From: Emiliania huxleyi CCMP1516
Taxonomy: Eukaryota
Length of the DNA: 64,000 bases
Assembly (NCBI RefSeq): GCF_000372725.1
Contig: NW_005202428.1
Location: forward strand, 707,221 to 771,220
Direction of reading: 5' to 3'
The translations under genes were made by a program, and so were the position numbers. How positions within the stretch are numbered: position 1 is the first letter of the stretch; every line of letters begins with the position of its first letter. A model generated the notes under the pieces. It did not search any database. It saw only the letters and a list, made by a program, of their open reading frames with translations, and had not been told where the DNA came from. Of the stretch, positions 56,559-64,000 are shown piece after piece.

Positions 56559-57197
56559 TCACTGCTCGATGACAGCAAAAATACCGCATAACCCGTCGTC
56601 GAAGCGAAACTTGAGGCCGTACTTGCTCACGATCGGATCGATCTTGGCCTTGGCCGCCGTCTTCTTCGCCTCCATCGGGCATATGCACAACGCACAGGTG
56701 ATGGGATTGCACATGCACACGACAAGTTGGATCGGGCCGCCAGGACAGCAGAAGTACACGAACTCGCAACCCGGGCTGTCGTAGAAGAACTGCCCGCGCT
56801 GTGTCTCGTCGAGGGCCGCGACGATCTCGGCCCAGTCGCTGGGTGAGATGACGGGGATCGGCGACTGGCCGCTCGCCTTTAGCTCGCTCATTTCTATCTT
56901 CTTGTCCACCTGGAGGCTCAGCCGCCACGGTAGCCCGCTACCTGCACCGAGCTCGGTTGTCGCCATCGGTTGGGCCATCACCATCGGCGTCGGCGCCGCA
57001 ACCGGCTGCGCTGCGACGACCGCACCATCACCACCGATGGCCTCCGCCATCACCACCACTGGCACGTTGACCATCATCTGGCTTCCGGCGGTTGCGTCGG
57101 GCGGGCACATGACCTGCATTGGGCCGGAGGGCGTGTTGACCTGGAAGGCCATGCCCGGGCCCACGCCCGCCGGGACGGTCGCTTGCATCTGCTGCAT
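56559..57197 (-). CDS. Small Cys-rich membrane-associated protein (possibly Erf4/GOLGA7-like)
   Basis: N-terminal VPAGVGPGMAFQVNTPSG module, ISPSDWAEIVAALDE and a Cys-rich hydrophobic stretch FCCPGGPIQLVVCMCNPITCALCICP. The family call is weak. Confidence 0.6.
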   Translation of the reverse strand: MQQMQATVPAGVGPGMAFQVNTPSGPMQVMCPPDATAGSQMMVNVPVVVMAEAIGGDGAVVAAQPVAAPTPMVMAQPMATTELGAGSGLPWRLSLQVDKKIEMSELKASGQSPIPVISPSDWAEIVAALDETQRGQFFYDSPGCEFVYFCCPGGPIQLVVCMCNPITCALCICPMEAKKTAAKAKIDPIVSKYGLKFRFDDGLCGIFAVIEQ

Positions 57198-57965
57198 TCT
57201 CGGTGCAAATCACGAGGCCGCGCGGCCCTCACCAAGCCTCTCACCCAAAACGAGTCCATCGGAGGGGTTCCCCACAGCGGGGGGTCCCCACAGCGGAGCG
57301 CCGGCTCCCGTGCGTGAGTGCAGCCGCCTCCGAGGCCGGCGCTGGCTGCCTCGCCTCGCCAGTGCTGTCCATCCACGCCTGCGAGAGGCAAGAGCGAGGC
57401 GTGGCCGTGAAAGGATCTCTCGTTCAGGGGGAGGCGCACGATGCGCCGGAACGCCCAGCCGCGCCGCATCTTCTCGGAGATGCGGAGCCAGATGAAGCCC
57501 GAGTCGCCTTCATCGATACCGTGGTCGGCGGAGCGGAGACCGGTCGAGGTGTCTTGCCGCCCCATGAAGACGAAGGAGAGGACGAAGGCGTAGCGCCTCC
57601 GGAGGAAGTCTCAGCTGCGCCTCGCGAACCCTTCCTCGCCGTCAAAATATCTGAAGATCCCAATATAGGATTCTCCCCAAACCTTGCTCAGCTGATCCAG
57701 CCTGGGGAGAAGGCCAGCCCTGGGCAAAGAAACCAGTACCTCATCAGGCTTCCCTGAGCGTCACAGCTCGGTGATCGCGCCAGCCGGACACCACGGTAAC
57801 GTCCGTTCCGGGCATTTGAACGCGACCTTCGGGGGCAAAGACATGGGCTCTATGGCTCAGACTGGACTCCTCTTGGTCCCTTCTGATGCCCTAGGCCACA
57901 CCTGGGCCTTACCCGGGGTCCTAGGGGGCGGGCAGGGTTTGCCCCCCGAAACTGGCCCGGAGGAC

Positions 57966-58235
57966 CTTAAACAAAACAAATCCCCCTCACAGCAAACAGG
58001 CTCGACACAGGTGCGAACTGGCGCGTGCTAGCACTATCACAGGCACACCACCGGAGCCGCCTAATTTAAACAAGAATTTTACAAGAAAACTCCCTCGCAC
58101 AACACTGGGCACGGGACTGGCGCGCACTGGCACTATAACACACAGGTACACCTACGGCAAACAAATCGAACTCTCTCACACAGCAGACAGGCTCGACACA
58201 GGTGCGAACTGGCGCGTGCTAAGAATTTTACAGCA
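57966..58235 (-). repeat. Three tandem copies of the gcgccagt...gtgagagag+T-rich module
   Basis: On the minus strand tagcacgcgccagttcgcacctgtgtcgagcctgt occurs twice and gtgcgcgccagtcccgtgcccagtgttgtgcgagggag once. Confidence 0.8.
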
Positions 58236-58321
58236 AAAGAAAACGGATCCTCTCCAAGTGCTCTGACTTTATGGGGTTGTCCAAAACGTAAGAATATCGG
58301 GCGCACAGACTCAGACAACCC

Positions 58322-59746
58322 CTACCCCGCCACCTCACTGCCGCCCAGCGCCCACGCCTCGATCTTCTTGGGCAGCAGCTGGTTCGGCAGGTCCTCTCCG
58401 TGGCCTAGGCCGCCGTGTTCGCCCTTGCCCCACGTGAAAACAGCTCCGTCGGCGGTAATGGCGAGGCTGTGGCGGGCCCCAGCGGACACAGCGAGGACGC
58501 GCCGACCAGCAAAGGCCTCGACCTTCTTCGGCTGCCGCTGCTGCTGCTCGTCGCCGTGGCCTAGCCTGCCGTAGATACCATTGCCCCAGCTCCAGACAGC
58601 GCCGTCGGCGGTGATAGCCAGGCTGTGCACGAGTCCAGCCGACACAGCGACGATGCGCTGGCCAGCGAGGGCCTCGATCTTCTTCGGCAGCAGCTGGTTC
58701 TGCTCGTCACCGTGGCCCAGCCGGCCTACCCCCCCCCGGCCCCAGCTCCAGACGGCGCCGCCGGCGGTGAGGGCAAGGTTGTGCGCGAATCCCGCCGAGA
58801 CAGCGACGACGCGCTTCCCCGCCAAGGATTCGATCTTCTTCGGCAGCAGCTGGTGCTGCTCGTTGCCGTGGCCCAGACTGCCAGAGGCTCCATAGCCCCA
58901 GCTCCAGACGGCGCCGTCGGCAGTGAGGGCGAGGTTGTGGTCCTCTCCCGCCGACACGGTGACGACGCGCTGCCCAGCAAAGGCCTCGAGCTTCTTCGGC
59001 AGCAGCTGGTTTTGCTCGTCGCCGTGGCCCAACCGGCCACCGCCTCCCCAGCCCCAGCTCCAGACGCCGCCGTCGGCGGCGAGGGCAAGGCTGTGGAACC
59101 TTCCAGCCGACACAGCAATCATGCGCTGGCCAGCAAAGGCCTCGACCTTCTTGGGCAGCAGCTGGTTCTGCAGGTCGCCGTGGCCCAGCCTGCCGGCGCC
59201 TCCCTGGCCCCAGCTCCAGACGGCTCCGTCGGCGGCGAGGGCGAGGCTGTGCGCGAATCCCGCCGCCACGCTCACAGCACGCTCGCCGCCCAGCGGGGAA
59301 GAAGGGAGGCGTGTCGGCGTGTTGAGCTGCATCACGCCCTCGCCGTGCCCGAGCAGTCCCGGCATCCAGCTCTCAGCCTTTCCGCACGACGACAGCCGCC
59401 CCTCGCCGTCGATGAAGACGCTGTGCTGTGCGCCCGCCGTTAGCCTAGCCGGCGGGTTGGACTCGCGCAGCAGCGCAGCAAAGCACAGCCACCGCACGGC
59501 GCAGCCCTCGTCCTCTGGCTGCGCCGGCGGCTCGTAGCCGGCCTCTTGCAGGCGCAAGCGGATGCCCTCCAGCGCAAGCGAGGCGTGGAAGAGGAGCGAG
59601 ACGGCCGCGACGCGAGCGATGTCGGCAGGGTCGCAGCGGGAAATGACGCGCGCGAGAAGCTCGAGGGGCAGGTCGGTGAGGGGGCAGTGCGCGGCGGCGG
59701 CGGCGGCGGCGGCGAGGCGGCGCGAGCGGCGCCGCGGGGTGGACAT
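58322..59746 (-). CDS. F-box-like + RCC1-repeat protein (7 repeats), paralog of 50331-51608
   Basis: LTDLPLELLARVISRCDPADIARVAAVSLLFHASLA followed by seven RCC1 repeats. Intronless. Confidence 0.9.
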   Translation of the reverse strand: MSTPRRRSRRLAAAAAAAAHCPLTDLPLELLARVISRCDPADIARVAAVSLLFHASLALEGIRLRLQEAGYEPPAQPEDEGCAVRWLCFAALLRESNPPARLTAGAQHSVFIDGEGRLSSCGKAESWMPGLLGHGEGVMQLNTPTRLPSSPLGGERAVSVAAGFAHSLALAADGAVWSWGQGGAGRLGHGDLQNQLLPKKVEAFAGQRMIAVSAGRFHSLALAADGGVWSWGWGGGGRLGHGDEQNQLLPKKLEAFAGQRVVTVSAGEDHNLALTADGAVWSWGYGASGSLGHGNEQHQLLPKKIESLAGKRVVAVSAGFAHNLALTAGGAVWSWGRGGVGRLGHGDEQNQLLPKKIEALAGQRIVAVSAGLVHSLAITADGAVWSWGNGIYGRLGHGDEQQQRQPKKVEAFAGRRVLAVSAGARHSLAITADGAVFTWGKGEHGGLGHGEDLPNQLLPKKIEAWALGGSEVAG

Positions 59747-60047
59747 CGCGAGAAAAGAATTTTTTTGCGTTTTCTTTCTTTCTTTAACTTAAAATCCCTG
59801 CGTGGTGGAGGCGTGCCGTCCTCCCCTTCCCAGTGGCTGTTTTCTTTTTTGTTTCTTTCTTTACACAAACAACCCCGACGCAGGAAGCACAAGCACAGAC
59901 AGTCGAGAAAGGAATAGACAGCAACGACAGTCAGGCGGGATTTCTCTTTTCGCACGCTGGCCGCCTCGGCGGTACTCTTTTGTGACTGCATCCACACCTC
60001 TACTCACACGCCCAGCGACGTGAGCCCTCGTACCGGCTAGCATCCGG

Positions 60048-60960
60048 ATGCGTCAGCTGCTCCTGCTAGCGCTGGCGGCATCTGCCAGCGGGCTCGCCAG
60101 CCTCTTCCAGCCTGCTCGGCCGCCGCTGCGAGCGCGCAGCTGCGCCGCCCAGGAGCCTGGCGGCCAGGAGCCTGGCGAGCCAGAGGCGAAGGGTCCACTC
60201 GCCGATGCGAAGGAGTCGTGGCGCCGCACTCGCGCGCTGGTCGCCGCCTTCTCTGTGCCTCGGATCGAGGAGGACGACCTGCCCGAGGCGGTCGCACTGC
60301 ACAAGCGCTCGAGCAGGCAAAGGCGGGCGGGTCGGCGGACGTCGGCGAGCTGAGCCGGCTGACGGCGCAGTACTACCGCGCGTCGTACGAGCGCGTCGTG
60401 TCGCGGCCCGCCGTCAAGGAGGCTCCTCGACCTCATCGCCTGCGACGAGCCAGCATGGCTCGTCGCTCGACGGCAGCCTGTTCAGTATGCTCTCGGCATT
60501 CTGTACAGCCTCGCCAGGCTCTCTGTGACGGCCTGCAGGGCCGGCGCGGACCGCCTCGAGCGCAATGGCCCTCCTCAGTACCTACCTCTTTGATGCCTGT
60601 CGGCTCTCCAATCTCGTCGCCGGCGGGAGGCCCGCATGGCGCGCTGCTCGATGGCAGCCTGCTCAGTACGCCTTGGACAGTGACTTCTGCCTTGCAGCTC
60701 TTACTGCAGCCGCCTCCGGGGCCGGCGCCGGCCGCCACGCCTCGCCAGTGCTGTCTACGCCTGCGACACGCGTGTCGGCTCGCCGGCCGCCCGCGTCGCC
60801 CGCGGCGGGCCCGCATGGCGCGCCGCTCGTCGGGAGCGTGCCCAGCAGGCTGTGCAGGGCAGTCTGCCTCACTCAGGGCGCCGCCGCCGCTGCGCGGGGC
60901 CGCCATCGGCGCTGCTGCCGTGAACGCTGCCGCCGTGTACGTCACCATCGCCTCTCTTCG
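60048..60960 (+). pseudogene. Signal/presequence-bearing hypothetical gene with a 1-nt frameshift at ~60305; 3' end uncertain
   Basis: MRQLLLLALAASASG N-terminus. CAC AAG CG CTC GAG needs one base to read HKALEQAKAGGSADVGELSRLTAQYYRASYERVVSRPAVKE. Probable GC-AG intron at 60422-60697. Confidence 0.45.
60421..60651 (+). repeat. 231-bp dispersed repeat (second copy) starting at a putative splice donor
   Basis: Inverted match to 20294-20524. Confidence 0.9.
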
Positions 60961-61597
60961 TCGCCGAACTCGCCGACGCCGCTCGCCGCTCGCCGCCGCC
61001 CTGCCCTGCCCTGCCCTGCCCTCACACAAACACCCCCCCCCCACACACACACACAAAACACCTTGCCCCTGCCCTGCGCCTCACGCCTCGCATCCCACCC
61101 GCGCACGACCCACGCCCTGCGCCCCCGCGCCCCCTCACCTCGCACCTCACGCCTCCCTCCCCACCCTCTCAGGCATTTCTCATCCCTGCTGCTCGCCGAC
61201 GACTCCTCCCCCCGCATGATCGACGACTACCCGTCCTTCAGCGACTCCTCCCTCTTCGGCCCAACGCCTACTTCCGGGGGACCGTCGCCCTCGGGCGTAC
61301 TGGCTTGATCCCAGCGGCACACGTGTACGAGGGGGGGCTCCGAAAGGTCGGCATGCCTGGCATGTCGGGCGACTAGGCAGGTCATCGACCCCCCCCCCCC
61401 CCCCGCTTGTCCACCCGGCGTGAGGGGCAGGAGTGCAGCCATTCCAACGGCTGGGAAAGTTTCTGAACGGCCGCGCATGCGCCTGCATGCCGGCTTACTA
61501 AGGAGGTCCCTCGCTCCCACTCCTCTCCCGGAAGACGCGCGCCAGCCCGGGTGACTCGCTTTTGCGAGGTAGATCCCGTTCCAGCCCTGAGCCCTGG

Positions 61598-61808
61598 CTG
61601 TCAGGCTGTCAGGTGCTGTCAGGTGATCTGTCGGGCTGTCGGGCAGCTGTCAGGCACTGTCAGGTGCCTCTGTCAGACCAGCTGTCGGGTGCTGTCAGTG
61701 CTGTCGGGTGCTGTCGGGTGCGTGTCTGACATCAGAGGGGATCTGTAGCTGTCGGGTGCTGTCGGAGCTGTCGGGTGTTGCTGTCAGACGCTGTCGGAGC
61801 TGTCAGAC
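61598..61808. repeat. CTGTCAG/CTGTCGG minisatellite
   Basis: About 17 copies of (g)ctgtc(a/g)g at irregular ~8-12 bp spacing. Confidence 0.85.
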
Positions 61809-62322
61809 GTGTGTGTGTTATGGGTGTGTGCGGCCCAAACGCGGCTCCTCGAGCGCGGCTCGCGACGCGGGTCGCACGATCGGCCGCCTGCGGGCCGCCC
61901 TGAGCGCTCCTGAGGCCACCTGCGGGCGCAGGGCGGTGCGCGCACGTCAGGAGGGCTCCCCCGCAGCCTCGGATCCGGTCGGGCGTCGACGGGACGCGCC
62001 ATATGGGTCCTCGAGCATGGGTCGGGACGCACCCGCGAGGTGGCAGTCAAGAGTCATGCGGGCTTCGCGGCGATCTGGAGGCCGAGGCTGCGCAGCCGCA
62101 CTAAAGTCGAGCATAAGATGTGAGCCATGCAGTGTGTGGAACGAAGCTCGCAACTTATAATATATGAAAGACGGTGGCGGTGGTGGACAGCGTAACACAG
62201 TTCTGTCGGCGCGCGGCCCTCGCGGACGAGGGGGCAAGGTACGCTGCTGTGCGGAAGTATGCACGCGCATACCGCGGGCAAGTCGAGCCGATCGACTCGA
62301 GCTCGACTCGACTCGACTCGGC

Positions 62323-62650
62323 TTATGCAGCGCAAGGAGCAACGGTCGACATGAGCACGGCGCATGGGCGGAGGTTCGTCGCGCGTCCGTGACGCGCCAA
62401 ATTGCTCTGGAGTCGTCGTCGTTGGTGTCCCGCTCGACAGTGAAGCTGTCGGGCTCCACGCGACACTGGAAGACGACAAGGAACTCGTCGTCATGCTCCG
62501 ACGACTCAAGCTTCTGCTGCTTGGCATACTGGACTGCGTAAGCAGGGTCGGGCGTGCAGTAGACGCCCTGGCCGTAGCGCGAGCCGTTGTGCGCCGTCTC
62601 CTTGCCGCCCCTGATCTTGAAGCCCTCGCGCACGATGCCGCGCACGATGC
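62323..62650 (-). pseudogene. ADP-ribosyltransferase (PARP-catalytic-like) fragment, 5'-truncated and frameshifted
   Basis: GIVREGF...SRYGQGVYCTPDPAYAVQYA...VVFQCRVEPDSF...WRVTD. The expected terminal strand NLRPCAVLM lies in another frame after ~62383. No HG motif is present upstream in frame. Confidence 0.6.
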
Positions 62651-63263
62651 ACGGCCGGCCCCCACGCCAGTCGCGCTCTCCCTCACCGGACTCGCCGCCC
62701 GCCAAGCGGGCTTCCTCCGCCGACTCGTCCGGCTATGAAACCGATACGCCGGACGAGGTGCAGCAAGAGGCTGTACGCAAGGTCTGCGGCGCGCTCGGCA
62801 TGAGGGAGCAGTTCGAGGCGGCGATGGCGGCGGGCGAGCTGCTCGAGAGGCTCGAGAGCTTGCCGCGAGGGGCGGTCGAGGCCTCCGTTCGGCTGATGCG
62901 CGGTTACAACCGCACGGGCGAGTGGCCAGAGCCCATTCTCACCAGCCCTGCCCCGCAGCGCGGCCGCTCGCCAAGCCCCGTCGATGAGTGGTCAGATGGA
63001 TAGATTTAGTGCCCGAGAGCGAGGGGTCCGGGGGGGAGCACAAACATAGGACGCCCAGCCTTGCCCTCGTGCTGCCGAGTGCATATCCTATGCGAGAGAG
63101 ATCCCCTGTGCCCTGTGCCCAGCCCTCTCCGCGCGGCGATGCGCCCTCCCCCCTCGCTTTTGCAAAATCCTGCAAAGGTGGGGACGTGTCTGTCCTCGAC
63201 CCAGCCCTAGCTTGGGATGTCCGTTGTATTTATTTATTTATTTGATAAATTCTACTCATAGCG

Positions 63264-63363
63264 GTGGTTGAGGCCGATTGCCTCTCAACTGTCAACCACG
63301 TGGTTGACAGAGGCCTCAACCCTCAACCAAGTGGTTGACAGACCCCTTCAACCCCTCAACCAC
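63264..63363. mobile_element. 100-bp TIR/palindromic element (MITE-like)
   Basis: GTGGTTGAGG(63264-63273)...CCTCAACCAC(63354-63363) is a perfect 10-bp IR flanked by GCG on both sides. Internal 22-bp palindrome at 63289-63310. Confidence 0.5.
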
Positions 63364-63544
63364 GCGGAATGGCTGTTCACACCCCCCGCGCCGCACGCAA
63401 TAACCTCACACAGCTCGATCGAGATCTAGAGAGCCACAATCGAGAGGACCATCGGGTCGCCCCGCCCCCGGACGTTATGGGGCGGCGGGCGGGGAGGTTC
63501 GCTCGTACGGTACGGAGGATGGACTCTGGATTGACTCCGCTGGC

Positions 63545-64000
63545 TTAGTCGGAGTCGTCCTCCTCGCCCTCCTCGTCTTCCTCGTCCTTGTCGTCGTCGT
63601 CGTCGTCTTCCTCTTCGTCCTCCTCGTCCTCGTCCTCCTCCTCGCTCTCGTCTTCACCGCCGCTGCCGCTGCCGCCGCCGTCCGAGTCGTCGCCAGATCC
63701 GAAGGAGTGGTCCCAGACCGCCTTGAAGAAAACGATGACGAGGGCAGGGATGAAGGCCTGGGCAAGGAAGAAAAGGCCGAGCGCGCCCATGACCACATGC
63801 CCCAGCACACCGCCCAGTGTCAAAGAGGCCCAACCGCCGAATATATTGACAGAGAGATAGAGGAAGCTCTTTGGCAGCCAGATAGCAGCGCGGCAGAGAG
63901 CAAGCGCAAAGGAGTCAGAGTTCACCTTTTGCTCGGCCTTTTTCTTTTTGTCATACGCCTTGGCAAGAGACGACAAGTACAATTCGTGGTACTCCTTTAT
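63545..64000 (-). CDS. 3' end of a membrane protein with an acidic D/E tail (partial)
   Basis: The frame is open from the window end. Hydrophobic segments precede EDESEEEDEDEE...DDSD*. Confidence 0.55.
   Translation of the reverse strand: MKEYHELYLSSLAKAYDKKKKAEQKVNSDSFALALCRAAIWLPKSFLYLSVNIFGGWASLTLGGVLGHVVMGALGLFFLAQAFIPALVIVFFKAVWDHSFGSGDDSDGGGSGSGGEDESEEEDEDEEDEEEDDDDDDKDEEDEEGEEDDSD

Overview
Eukaryotic, very GC-rich, intron-containing nuclear DNA with two assembly gaps. Dominant GC-AG introns, ATCTCGG-type intronic minisatellites and TTAGGG repeats suggest a haptophyte such as Emiliania/Gephyrocapsa huxleyi (inference). About 22 protein genes or fragments are supported: pescadillo (3'-truncated), a frameshifted ankyrin-TM-RING gene, a LamG+CBM42 protein, cyclophilin, three glycosyltransferase-like genes, a trypsin+ShKT protein, an RNA-polymerase-omega-like protein, PHO88/SND3, a RING/TRAF-Ubc9-like fusion, an LRR protein, an RRM protein, GPC1, two F-box/RCC1 paralogs, RtcB and an ART-like pseudogene. 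The standout is a 9.5 kb non-coding element (31594-41068) with identical split direct repeats (A1...B1-A2-B2), a shared ACC core at both ends and at the internal junction, and an interior of nested tandem repeats. This is the architecture of a non-autonomous tyrosine-recombinase retrotransposon (Ngaro/PAT/TOC1 type). Also seen: a piggyBac-type MITE, a small TIR element, a gene-upstream module family, introns that duplicate the adjacent exon start, a GA-AG intron, and a telomeric insertion with a target duplication in RtcB. All family calls come from recalled motifs, not database searches.
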